Assembly: GCA_963796685.1 (NCBI GenBank)
Contig: CAWCMR010000025.1
Coordinates: 800,001 to 864,000 of the forward strand
Direction: 5' to 3'
DNA length: 64,000 nucleotides
From: an uncultured delta proteobacterium
GTDB taxonomy: Bacteria; Myxococcota_A; Polyangia; Fen-1088
Part shown: in pieces, positions 40,590-50,564 of the stretch
How positions within the stretch are numbered: the stretch's first letter is position 1
How the letters are laid out: the number at the start of each line of letters is the position of its first letter
Notes under the pieces: model-generated
The model's input: only the letters and a program-made list of their open reading frames with translations
Database searches by the model: none
What the model was told of the DNA's origin: nothing
Made by a program: the position numbers and the translations under genes

Positions 40590-40606
40590 AGCGAGAACGG
40601 TGCCAA
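40590..40606 (-). promoter_or_regulatory. Candidate sigma54 (-24/-12) promoter
   Basis: Minus strand TTGGCACCGTTCTCGCT, i.e. GG-N10-GC. Confidence 0.45.
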
Positions 40607-40765
40607 GGCTTGCCCGCGCCGTTCATCGCCGGTTTCGTGCGACCTTCGTCGGCGTGAAACGCCGGCGCGACCGGGCTCCGTCCGGGTGCTGTCCACCTTT
40701 CGTCCGGTTCCCGGCCGCCGCCGTCCGACTGTCGTCAGGCTGGCCCCGGTCCAGACCACGGGCTG

Positions 40766-41437
40766 CTAGGTATCGCAGGTACCGCCAGCCCACACGAAGA
40801 TGTCGGGCTCGCGGGTGCGCGCGCAGCGCAAGCCACACAGCCCGGCCGCGAATCCGAGGGTTTTCTCGGCAAAGAAGTTGAGGTGGGTCGCGTCGCGCGC
40901 GTACCACCACGACGCCACCTCGGCCACGGACGGATAGCATTGCGTGCGCACCACGACGCGCCCGTCGGGCTCGAGGCAATGCTTGAGCCTCCGCATCTCG
41001 CCGCGCAGATCGCGCAGGTGCTCGATGACCTCGCATACGACGACGATGTCGTAGCGGCGGTCGAGCGCGGAAAGACCCTTGCCGTACAGCGGATCGTAGG
41101 CAGCGCAGTCGAATCCACGCCGGCGCAGAAGGTCCGCGAGCACGGCGTTTTCTCCGCTGCCAAAATCGAGCACGCGTGGTGCCGCGATTCCGATCTCCGT
41201 CACCACGTCGGCGACCTGCCCCAGGAAATTGACGTAGCCTTCGTTCGAGGGCGAGTTGTCGTGGTGGGCGTAGCGTGCCCGCTCCTCGTCCTCGCTCGGC
41301 CAGAATTCGCCGGGCACGAACACCAAGCCGCAATTCGGACAATGGACGAACGCCCTGTGCTTGTTCCGTCCCGCCGGTACGCAAGCCGAAGCCACGCACA
41401 GCTTGCAAGCACCGGGGGTCGAGAGCCCGCCTGTCAC
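40766..41437 (-). CDS. Class I SAM-dependent methyltransferase with N-terminal CxxC pairs
   Basis: CKLC, CPNCGLVF, ERARY.HH.N, VLDFGSG, YDP, EVIEHL, WWYARDATH. Confidence 0.85.
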   Translation of the reverse strand: MTGGLSTPGACKLCVASACVPAGRNKHRAFVHCPNCGLVFVPGEFWPSEDEERARYAHHDNSPSNEGYVNFLGQVADVVTEIGIAAPRVLDFGSGENAVLADLLRRRGFDCAAYDPLYGKGLSALDRRYDIVVVCEVIEHLRDLRGEMRRLKHCLEPDGRVVVRTQCYPSVAEVASWWYARDATHLNFFAEKTLGFAAGLCGLRCARTREPDIFVWAGGTCDT

Positions 41438-42165
41438 CAGCCGCATGTCGTGACGACGTCGCTCGGCCCTGCACCCCTGCCGCAACCGTTCGTCCCGCAC
41501 AGTCCGCTGGTGCATTCCTCGTCAAAAGTACAATCCTGGCCGTCGGCTGTCTGGGCCACACACTTGCTGCCGTTGCAACCGGCCCCGGCCACGCACTCCG
41601 AGCGGCCGCCAGGGTTGGTGTCGCAAGCCTCGCCGATACTGGCTGGCGCCGAGCACACGTGCATGGCAGACGGACAAACATTGGGCACCCTGCACTCGGC
41701 GTGTTGCGAGCAGGATTGGCCGAGCTCGGACTGGCCCACCACGCAGTGCTGGGTGCTGTCGCAGTAGGCGGGATCTTCGCAGCCACCCGTGTCCGAGCCG
41801 CAAGACTCGCCGACCTTGGCTATCGGCAGGCAGACGATGTTGGTCAGACTGATGTCGGTGGCCGTGCAGCGCGTGCCCGGCCGGCACACGGGCGAGAAGT
41901 TGCCGGTGGTGGAGCAGTCCTCGCCTGCTTCGAGATCGGCCACGCACAGAGGCTGCTCGCTCTGATCCGTGCAGCGGCACTCGACCACCTTGCCGGCCAC
42001 GGCCTGGCAGTCATTGAAGGCCGTGCACACGCCGCCGAGTTGCACCGAGCCCGGTACCACGCCCGCTTTCTTGGCGGCGGAGTCGCAGGTCGTCAAAGTG
42101 ACCACGCCCACGGCAGCAGCCCCCAGGCATAGCAGGGGAACGATCTTGGCAAGGAGTGTGGTCAT
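41434..42165 (-). CDS. Cys-rich repeat lipoprotein (Dickkopf-like GxxC repeats)
   Basis: Signal peptide; repeated GE.C.....C....C units. Confidence 0.7.
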   Translation of the reverse strand: MTTLLAKIVPLLCLGAAAVGVVTLTTCDSAAKKAGVVPGSVQLGGVCTAFNDCQAVAGKVVECRCTDQSEQPLCVADLEAGEDCSTTGNFSPVCRPGTRCTATDISLTNIVCLPIAKVGESCGSDTGGCEDPAYCDSTQHCVVGQSELGQSCSQHAECRVPNVCPSAMHVCSAPASIGEACDTNPGGRSECVAGAGCNGSKCVAQTADGQDCTFDEECTSGLCGTNGCGRGAGPSDVVTTCGW

Positions 42166-42336
42166 GGTGCGGTCGCTGGTGATTCGCCTGTTAGACCACG
42201 GCCGCGCTGATTCTATTCACCCCCGGTCCCGGCTCACCCATGCGCCGGCTTCGCACAGGGCTCTTGCTGTGATCGCTGTCGCTTCAATTCGTCCCGGGGC
42301 AAGGGTACTCTTGCAGGCAAAGGATCGGAGCCGATC

Positions 42337-42939
42337 ATGAAAGAGCGCGATATCAGAGACCACATCAATGCCTTTCTCCGAACCAGGCTCCAGAGTTTGG
42401 TGGTGCCTGCTTCGATGGGGATCGGGCTTGCCCTGGGGGCATGTGACACCTCGGCGCTGACATCCAACCAGGATGGCTCCGGGGACGTTTCAGCCATCCA
42501 GCCCAGCTCCGGCGGTGCTGGTGGCGGCCTGACCGGGGCGGGCGGATCGCTCTATGGGCTCGGAGGATCCACGAACCCCGGCCATGGCGGGTCTGGGGGT
42601 GGCTCCGGTGGCTCCGCGGGTGCCGGCGGCTCCGCGGGTGCGGGTGGTGGCTCGGGGGGGGCTGGCGGTGGCGGTTTGACCGGGGTGGGCGGAATGGTGT
42701 ACGGAACCGGAGGATTCCCCTACTCTAGCTCGGGTGGTGCCGGTGGTGGCTTGGCCGGGGCGGACGGAACGGTGTATGGAATGCCGGGATTCAAAGACGC
42801 CGGCCCGTCAGGTAGCGGCGGCGCGATCGATTCCGGGGTCATTCCCGAAGCAGGCAAGGGCGATGCGGGGCACAAGGCAGACGCCCTGGTTTCGGAAGCC
42901 GGGGTTGCCTCGCCACCCGACGGTTCTATGAATGAGTAG
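42337..42939 (+). CDS. Gly-rich lipoprotein with three XYG cassettes; putative radical SAM substrate
   Basis: Lipobox LGAC; repeats ending SLYG, MVYG, TVYG. Confidence 0.75.
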   Translation: MKERDIRDHINAFLRTRLQSLVVPASMGIGLALGACDTSALTSNQDGSGDVSAIQPSSGGAGGGLTGAGGSLYGLGGSTNPGHGGSGGGSGGSAGAGGSAGAGGGSGGAGGGGLTGVGGMVYGTGGFPYSSSGGAGGGLAGADGTVYGMPGFKDAGPSGSGGAIDSGVIPEAGKGDAGHKADALVSEAGVASPPDGSMNE

Positions 42940-43005
42940 ACCATGCTCGCCGCTCGAAGATGACTTTGGCAGGCCCGCGGCCGCGGCTCGTAATCGAGAA
43001 GAACC

Positions 43006-44148
43006 GTGATCGAAGTCTTGGCGCAGGTCGGATTCTTTCCCCACACTTGCGTGTGGGAGCTGACGCTGGCGTGCAACATGCGGTGCAAGCACTGCGGCTC
43101 CGTCGCCGGCAAGCGGCGTGCGGACGAGCTATCGCTCGACGAGTGTTTGCGCGTGGCTGGCGAATTGGTGGCGCTGGGATGCCAACGCATCACCCTGATC
43201 GGCGGCGAGCCAATCCTCTACCCGGGCTGGCACGAGGTGGCCAAGCGTCTGGTCGAGCTGGGAGCCCAGGTCAACATGATTTCGAACGGCCTGACCTGGT
43301 CGCCCAAACACCTCGAGCAGGCGAAGGCGGCTGGGCTGTGCGCGGTGGGCTTCAGCCTCGACGGTTTCGAGAAGGAGCACGACGCGTTCCGGGTGCCTGG
43401 CTCGTTCGCGCGGGTGGTGCGCGCCATCGACGATTGCGTGGCGGCCGGCATGCGCACGGCGGTGAACACGACCATCAACCGGCTCAATCAAGGTCTCCTC
43501 GCGGAGATGCGCACCTTCTTGATGGAGCACGGGGTTTTCGCCTGGCAACCGCAGCTGGCCACCGCCGCGGGGAACATGGGAGAGCACCGCGAGCTGCTCG
43601 TGCGTCCGGAAGATCTGTTGTGGCTGGTGCCAAAAATCGCGGAGCTGTGCCTGATCGACTGCCCGGAATTCGAGATCTGCGTCGGCCACAACATCGGCTA
43701 CTTCGGCAATCCCGAATCGGCCCTGCGCGCCGCGGATGTCGCCCTACCCTTTTGGCTCGGGTGCCGAGCCGGTTGCCAAGTGATCGGGATCGAGAGTGGC
43801 GGAGATGTGAAGGGCTGCCTCTCCTTGCCTTCGTCGGTGCACGGCGAACGTCGCTTCGTCGAGGGCAACGTGCGGGAGATGGGTCTAAGCGACCTTTGGA
43901 ATCGCGCGGACGCTTTCGCGTACAACCGGTGCTTCCAAGAACGGCAGCTGTGCGGCTTCTGCCGCGTTTGCCGCTTTCGCGACGTGTGTCGCGGCGGCTG
44001 CAGTTGGGCTTCCTATGCCCAGGGCGGCCGCGGCAACGAGCAGTGCTTCTATCACCAGGCGGTCAAGCACGGGCGCCTCGATCTGCTCGCCGAAGCGCCG
44101 ACCGCGGAAGAAAAGAGTTACTTCGAGGGCGGCGTCCCGGTGCGCTGA
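43006..44148 (+). CDS. Radical SAM/SPASM maturase, PlpX splicease-like
   Basis: VWELTLACNMRCKHCGS.AG, TLIGGE, NIGYFG, WLGCRAG..IGIESGGDVKGCLSLP, CRVC.FRDVCRGGCSW. Confidence 0.88.
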   Translation: MIEVLAQVGFFPHTCVWELTLACNMRCKHCGSVAGKRRADELSLDECLRVAGELVALGCQRITLIGGEPILYPGWHEVAKRLVELGAQVNMISNGLTWSPKHLEQAKAAGLCAVGFSLDGFEKEHDAFRVPGSFARVVRAIDDCVAAGMRTAVNTTINRLNQGLLAEMRTFLMEHGVFAWQPQLATAAGNMGEHRELLVRPEDLLWLVPKIAELCLIDCPEFEICVGHNIGYFGNPESALRAADVALPFWLGCRAGCQVIGIESGGDVKGCLSLPSSVHGERRFVEGNVREMGLSDLWNRADAFAYNRCFQERQLCGFCRVCRFRDVCRGGCSWASYAQGGRGNEQCFYHQAVKHGRLDLLAEAPTAEEKSYFEGGVPVR

Positions 44149-44155
44149 GCTTCGG

Positions 44156-47084
44156 TTACCGCCGCACGAACAGCTTCAACTTCCCGATGCCGACGCCCGG
44201 GAGGTAGTGGGCAAGCAGAAACTGGTGCAGCTCGGGAAAGCCGGTCAACGACTGGGCACTGTCCAATCTGTCTCCGGTCACGAAGGGGAAGACGTCATTC
44301 TCCTCGACCACGACGACCGAAGGCGGGTGGCTGGTCAAGTCCGCCATCAAGCGCGGGCGATACCGGCCGCCCCATGCAACCCGTTGTGGGACGTCGTAGA
44401 TGTAGGGCGTCGAGGATGCCCGTCCGGCCAAGTCGTAGATGACGGGTTCGAACCCCCAGACGTAGATCGGCTGGTCGGGAGGTGTATTGCGCACAATCCA
44501 GCTCGCGATCCTGCGGTTGTCGCCCGCGCTCACGTTTGACGCCGAATGAAGACGGTCCATCAGGTCTTGGCGCCGCTCGGCGTTTGCGAAGACGGACTGT
44601 GAACGTACGCGGTTGCGCGCCCAAAACGAGGCGCGATACGGCGGAAGAATCCTTTCGTCCTTGAGCAACAAGAGAACGCCGACCAGCGCGAGCACCGGCA
44701 GAAGGTGCGTCCGCAGGCGTGTCCACAACTTCCACAATCCCCACCCGGCGGGCAACCCGAGCAAGAGAACGATGGCTGCGTAGTGATACGGGAAGAACTT
44801 GGCTTGGAGTGCGACACCGATGATGGGAAAGAAGGCGACGGCAAGGACATGCAGAAGACCCAGGCGCTCGCGCGCGGCCAAGATGGGCAGGGAGAGCGCG
44901 AACAGAATACCGAAGGCATCGTGGCGGGAAAACCCGAACAGCGACTCGGTCCACGCGCGCGTGAAGAGCGCGAGGGCATCGTGTTTCCGATATCCCAGCT
45001 TGGTGTAGCTGGGCACGAACCGGAACAGCGTGTCGACCATCGCGGGCATGGCTCCCTTCGCGGCGATGTAGGACCCGACACATGCCAGCGGAAGCGCTGC
45101 CCCGAGGGCGATGAAGAAGAGCGGCCCCGCGCTGGCTCGCAGTCGGGCGAGGCGCCCGCTCGATCCGGCTGCGCGCGCATGGCCGAGCAAGAACGGGGTC
45201 AGCACCACGGCCCCGGCCAGTCTGCGGCTTGAGCACCCCAGCCATCCCGTAGCCCACGCCTACCAGCAGCCAGAGCGCCTTCTGCGCGGCCCCACCACGG
45301 TTCGGCAAGGTGGCGCGCTCGCTGGAACATAAGACCAGCGCCCAGATCAGGAAGAGGCCCGCAAAGCCTTCGGGCTGTGCCGTGCTCCAGAATTCGAGCT
45401 GGACGTAGGCCATGACCGACAGGGCAACGGCGGGCAAGGCCGGGCGCCACGAACCGACCCAACGTTTGCAAAGCACGAGGAACGCGGGAAAAAGGGATAG
45501 AAGCCCGATCGCCTCCACGATACGAATGCCGACCATGCCTCGGCCGAACAGAAGGCGAGCGACGGCGTAGACGAAGAAGATCCCCGGTGGCTTGAAATCC
45601 CAAGCGTCTCGGTAGGGCGCTCCACCCTCGAGCATGGTTCGCGCCACGACGGCGTAGATTCCCTGATCGCGGCCATACTGAAAGAGCAAAAGGTGAGCGA
45701 CGAGATAGAGGGATAGCAAGACGCAGGCGACCAGCCCCGCCGCCTCCACCCGCGCTGCGACAGCGTGCGGGAGCGGGATCAACCATCGGCCAAGCCGCCG
45801 CACGCGCTCGGCAAAGACTCTCATGGATGCTTCACCCGCCAGCATGACCACCCAGACCACGCTCAGCAACGCGGCACCCGCGAACACGTAGGAGGCAGTC
45901 AGAAGCGCCGCTGCATGCCGCAAGCCGCGGACCTCGAAATAGCTGGCCATGAGAACGGCCGAAAGGGCAAGGGTGCGCGCGACCGTGCTCCCTGTTTCCC
46001 CGATGGTGGGCGGCAGGTCCGCGAGTCGCTGGCAAAGCAACGCCAGGCAAAGGATCGCGGGGGCGAACTGGTGCTCCCACGCGATGGGCGCCGCCAGGGT
46101 CGCGGCCAGCCAGGCCAGACCCATGACATCCGCGCGCAGGCTCGCGTCGCGAGGCAAGGCCCGAATGCGGAGCGCAAGGTAGAGGAGACTCAGGCCGCCG
46201 AGGCAGAGCGAAACCATACGCGCGGCGCTGCTCAACGGCGCGACCACGAGATGGGCCGCCAATTCCGGGTGAAGCAAACGGGCCACCACCCCATTCCACG
46301 ATTGGTTCGAGTAGTAGGCGTAGCCGGACGAGAGCGCCGGTAACACCCGAGTCAGGTAGTCCACGTTCGCGGACCAGCCTGCGTAGGCGACCGACACCAG
46401 GGCAAGCCCGAGACCCGACAGCAAGGTGCTGACCAGCGTTCGGCGCGCGTGCCAATAGAGCAGCGGCACCATGAGCACCAGGGTGGGATGGAGCGCGACC
46501 GCCAAGGCCACGGCGACCCCGGCGACGACCTCCTTTCCCCTTTGCATGGCCACCAGGCTGGCGCCGAGCAGGACGGTGATGAGCATCGTGGTCTGGTTGT
46601 GCTCGAGGGCGCGCATGAGCGGCTGCCAGAGCAGCAACGCGAGCGCGAGGACGCCAGCGCGCCAAGCCGATGCCATGGTCGAGGCGCGGGTGGGCCGCAC
46701 CAGCAGCGCCAGCAGGACAAAGATCGCCGCGAACAGACAGCGATTGGCCATGAACAGCCAAGCAACGGCGTCATAAGGTGAGAGCCCGGCGAGCGGCCGG
46801 TAGAGCAAGGCGGAAAGCGGCGCGGAGGTGAAGGACGCCCCCTCGGCGGGGATCGTCGCGTACATCGGCTGCCCCCGGGAAGCACGCAGGGCGGCCTCGG
46901 CAGCGGGCCACACGTCGCTGATGTCCGTGCCTTCGATCCGCCAAAGGCTGGTCACGGCGTCCCATCCCGCGTTGCTTTCACTGCTGACGCGGGTCTGGAT
47001 GAATCCCAACAGAACGCCCAGCAGACCGAGCAGAAGCGCTTGGCGCGCGAAGGTACGCTGACCCAACCAAGAGAGCTTCATCAT
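44156..47084 (-). CDS. Fused double GT-C membrane glycosyltransferase (GT87-like + ArnT/PMT-like), frameshifted near 45222
   Basis: N-half polytopic with NQS and WEH motifs; C-half GRDQGIY, PYRDAWDFKPPG, KFFPYHY, IYVWGFEP. Confidence 0.7.
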
Positions 47085-48850
47085 CGACGCCTGAGCCGTG
47101 AGAGCGCCCGCCTGAACTGTCCGAGATCGATGGCCGAGTCCGGTCTCACCCACATCCCGGCAAGGGTGGGCTCGTACCCGAGGCTGCTCAGCTCCGAGCG
47201 CCCCGCTACGCCCTGGTCCACGGTGAGGAACCACGGCGTCTGGACCAGGTCCGGTCTGAGCCTGCCCACGCTGTACGCGTAGTCCCACTTCGTGTGCCCA
47301 GGATAAAAGGGTAGGTGCGACGGGAGATGCGCGATCACCGGGTCGTTCTTGCCGAGCAAGTCGACCGACTGCGCGCGCGAAAAATAGGGGATCGCTCCGG
47401 CCGCGACGACGGCCACCGAGGCGTGCGGAGCGAGCGCTTCCCTCAGCGCCAGTCCCGTGCGCGTCAGCGTCGCATCCTCGCCGACGCCAGGGGCGTTCTC
47501 GGACAGCCACCCCGAGACAGGCGTGCCGTCGAGGGCAACCAGCAAACCAAGCGACAAGAGGACAGGGAGCAGTCCACCGCGCAGATGTCCCGTCTCCGGG
47601 AACCGCCTGAACAGATAGGAGCCCAACAGCCAAAGAGCGATGATTTCCACCGCACCGAGCGGCACCGGCGCTTGTACCAGACCGGCGTGCGGGGCGCCGC
47701 CGACAGGCTCGACCTTGACGACCGTCGCCAGGCCGACGGCAGCGGCGCAGGCGAGCAGGCTTGCCACCGCGGCGCTCGCGCCGATCGTCCACCGCGCGAT
47801 GTTGACCAGGCCAGCGGACGCGAGAATCAAGAGCAGCGGAACCATCGGGGTGATGTACCGGTTGCTGTAGAGCATCCACTCCCACGCATCCCCGCCGACG
47901 AACACCGAGTACATCGCCGCGGTCGCCACGAGGAGCGCCAACAACAGCGGCTCGCGCGCCGGCCCCCGACGCGGCAGAAACACGAACGCGGCGGCGACCG
48001 TGGGCGCGAGCAGGTGAGCGAGCTCCAATTCCGCAAGGGCTTTCAGCCCGCGGCCGAGGCGCGCCCCCGGCGCGATCCCCGTCATCTTGAGGTAGTAGGT
48101 GTTCGGGAGCAGCGCGTGGTAGTAGCCTTCGCGAAAGACGGCCAGGGCAACGAGAGGAATCGCGATCGCCGCAGCCACGGGAAGGCCGACGCGGCGCCAT
48201 TCCGCGCGTGGCAGAGCAGCCGCCAGCCAAAGCGCGATCACCACCACCGGCAGGGTCGCATCATCGCGGGTGAGCTCCGCGGCGGCGAACAGCACACACA
48301 GGACGGCGATGTCGCGCGGCCGGCGATGTCGCCGGATCTCGAGCGCCGCGAGGGTCGCGGACGAGACCAGGAAGGTCAGCACTCCGACCTCCATCCCCCG
48401 CAGCGTCCAGAAGACGAGCGGGTAGTAGAGCGCTGTCAACGACATCGCCAGAAGCATTGAAAGACGGCTTCCTGTCAGCAACCGCGCCAGCTTGCCCACG
48501 ACAAGAACGTTCGCGAGCAACAGCACGGCGCCGGTGCTCATCACGGCGAGCGAAATCGTCGGCTCGGGCAGACGGAGAAGATGGAGCACCGTCATCCACA
48601 ACGTCCACAAGAGGTTGGAATACCCCTCCACCGGCGCCCCATGGGGGTTCCACATCAGGCCGAGACCCTCGGCAAGGTTGCGTGCGTAGCGCATGGAGAT
48701 CATCGCGTCGTCGAACAACGAGAAGTACGTCCGGCCATCCACCTCGAACGCCGATCGCGCGATGAAGACCACCGACACGGCGGCGCTCGCCAGGAGGACC
48801 AGCGCGGTCGCCAAGTTGACGCCGCGAGAACGAGTCGACTCCTCGGACAT
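47081..48850 (-). CDS. GT-C membrane glycosyltransferase (arabinofuranosyltransferase-like)
   Basis: DDAMISMRYARNLAEG.G..WN..VEGYSN.LW, GME, LPNTYY.K, GGD, AGAIPY, DLLGKND, GHTK. Confidence 0.8.
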   Translation of the reverse strand: MSEESTRSRGVNLATALVLLASAAVSVVFIARSAFEVDGRTYFSLFDDAMISMRYARNLAEGLGLMWNPHGAPVEGYSNLLWTLWMTVLHLLRLPEPTISLAVMSTGAVLLLANVLVVGKLARLLTGSRLSMLLAMSLTALYYPLVFWTLRGMEVGVLTFLVSSATLAALEIRRHRRPRDIAVLCVLFAAAELTRDDATLPVVVIALWLAAALPRAEWRRVGLPVAAAIAIPLVALAVFREGYYHALLPNTYYLKMTGIAPGARLGRGLKALAELELAHLLAPTVAAAFVFLPRRGPAREPLLLALLVATAAMYSVFVGGDAWEWMLYSNRYITPMVPLLLILASAGLVNIARWTIGASAAVASLLACAAAVGLATVVKVEPVGGAPHAGLVQAPVPLGAVEIIALWLLGSYLFRRFPETGHLRGGLLPVLLSLGLLVALDGTPVSGWLSENAPGVGEDATLTRTGLALREALAPHASVAVVAAGAIPYFSRAQSVDLLGKNDPVIAHLPSHLPFYPGHTKWDYAYSVGRLRPDLVQTPWFLTVDQGVAGRSELSSLGYEPTLAGMWVRPDSAIDLGQFRRALSRLRRR

Positions 48851-48895
48851 TGAATGGCCTGGTCCCTTGCCTGGATCCATCCGATGGTACCCAGG

Positions 48896-49282
48896 CTAGC
48901 GCGCGGGAAGCGGACGCGGTGGCGGCGGGGGCGGCGGCAGTGGCGGCGGAGGTGGCGGCGGGGGCGGGGGCGGCGGGGGCGGGGGTGGCGGCGGCGGCGG
49001 CGGCGGCAAGCGAGGCGGGGGGATCGGCATGCCGGCGTTGGACGTTGGTCGGAATAGCTGCGGCGGTCGCCCGTTTTCCGTCCGAGGCTGCACGCTCGCC
49101 TCCGACTTCGGGGCGCGCGTAACCGACGGCCACAGCCACAGGACAATGCCCACGATCGCCAGGCCCAGGGACAACCCGGCGACCTTGCCCGCCGCGGGCC
49201 ATCGCATGAACAGCCTGGAAACGGCGGCAACGGTCAACCCGAGACCACCGAGCACGACGAGCATGATGCCGGGGGATTGCAT
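48896..49282 (-). CDS. Small two-TM protein with polyproline tail
   Basis: Two hydrophobic helices then P22-L-P7. Confidence 0.55.
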   Translation of the reverse strand: MQSPGIMLVVLGGLGLTVAAVSRLFMRWPAAGKVAGLSLGLAIVGIVLWLWPSVTRAPKSEASVQPRTENGRPPQLFRPTSNAGMPIPPPRLPPPPPPPPPPPPPPPPPPPPPPLPPPPPPPRPLPAR

Positions 49283-49472
49283 GGCCGTGAATAGTAACCC
49301 AAACGCGAACCCCTTGCCGGACCGCCCCGAGGAAACGCGTGGGTTAGCGGCAAGTATCCTGGGCGTATCCCTGCCACGAAGGGCGGGCAAATTGTGCAGC
49401 CGCCAAGGCCCGTTCGTCTCATGAGTCGTTGCTGGCCTTGCGCCACGCGGACAGACTTGGATCGGTTCGGCG

Positions 49473-50231
49473 ATGAGCAACAGCAACCCAGAGGCCTTCG
49501 AGATCGAGATAGCGGCGTTGAGCGATGCCGGCACCGAACGGGGCCACAACGAAGACCACTGTGGCAAGTACATCAAGAGCAAGAGCAGCGGCTTGGTCGC
49601 GGTGGCGGACGGCATGGCCACCCTCGAAGGTGGAGACCTCGCCAGCCAACGGGCCATCCTGGCGCTCATGCGCTCGTTCCGCGAGCTTGCCCCGGGCATG
49701 ACCCAGGCGCAGCGACTGGTGCGCGCGGCCCGCAACGCCAACTACGAAGTCTACGACATGGCCTTGGTCGTTCCCCAGTTGCGCGGCATGAGCACGACCC
49801 TGACCGCGGTGGCGGTCAACGAAGGCGACCTGACCGCCGCGCACGTGGGCAACAGCCGCATGTATTTGATCCGCGATGGCTACATCAACCAATTGAGCAA
49901 GGACCACACCGTCGGCGCCGAGGCAGCGGCGGCGGAAGGCCACTATGCGCTCAAGGACAGCCACGTGCTCACGCGAACCCTGGGGCGCGAGCTGATCCTC
50001 CCCATCGATTTGTTCGAGCTCGATCTCGTGCAGGGCGACGTGGTGCTCCTTTGCACCGACGGCCTATACCGCGTGTTCGAGGATCTGGAGATTGCGGAGC
50101 TCGTCAAGGGCCTCGATGCCGCCACCGCGTGCCGCAAGCTCATCGACGAGGCCAACGTCGTCGGCACCATCGACAACGTCACCGTCGCGGTCGTGCGCGT
50201 GATCGGCGAAACGCCCGGAACCCGACGCTGA
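49473..50231 (+). CDS. PP2C-family Ser/Thr phosphatase
   Basis: SDAG..R.HNED, VADGM, AHVGNSRMY, DH, LLCTDGL, DNVT. Confidence 0.9.
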   Translation: MSNSNPEAFEIEIAALSDAGTERGHNEDHCGKYIKSKSSGLVAVADGMATLEGGDLASQRAILALMRSFRELAPGMTQAQRLVRAARNANYEVYDMALVVPQLRGMSTTLTAVAVNEGDLTAAHVGNSRMYLIRDGYINQLSKDHTVGAEAAAAEGHYALKDSHVLTRTLGRELILPIDLFELDLVQGDVVLLCTDGLYRVFEDLEIAELVKGLDAATACRKLIDEANVVGTIDNVTVAVVRVIGETPGTRR

Positions 50232-50243
50232 CCTGAAACGTGT

Positions 50244-50429
50244 TCAGTGTTTGAACGCACTCCAGATGCCAAGGGCGCCACAGACAACCATTCCGATTAT
50301 GAGAATCCCGCGCGCGCTTTTCATCAGGTGGGTGCCCGCCACCGGTTTGCCTCCCTTCGGCGTCCGGTGACTGAGAACCACGGCGACCACGAAGAAGACC
50401 GTTAGACCAAGCCAAACGAGCGAGCTCAT
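50244..50429 (-). CDS. Small membrane protein
   Basis: 61 aa; two TM helices around PKGGKPVAGTHLM. Confidence 0.6.
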   Translation of the reverse strand: MSSLVWLGLTVFFVVAVVLSHRTPKGGKPVAGTHLMKSARGILIIGMVVCGALGIWSAFKH

Positions 50430-50564
50430 GCAGAAAGCCTAGGGCTCTTCGCCGACAAGGCGACCTTTTCTTGCCTAAGTCCCCAGGACTTTCAGGTCCG
50501 CACGGAGTTCTTGCCGCTCCTACCGAGCCCGCCGCGATAGAATCAGCCTGCAAACCGGCCACTC

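Noticed and set aside
44295-48230. 1311-aa ORF, and similar long overlapping or antisense ORFs such as 30115-32079 and 59270-60781
   Set aside because: Shadow frames typical of high-GC DNA; only the 47084-45222 part of this ORF is the real coding frame.
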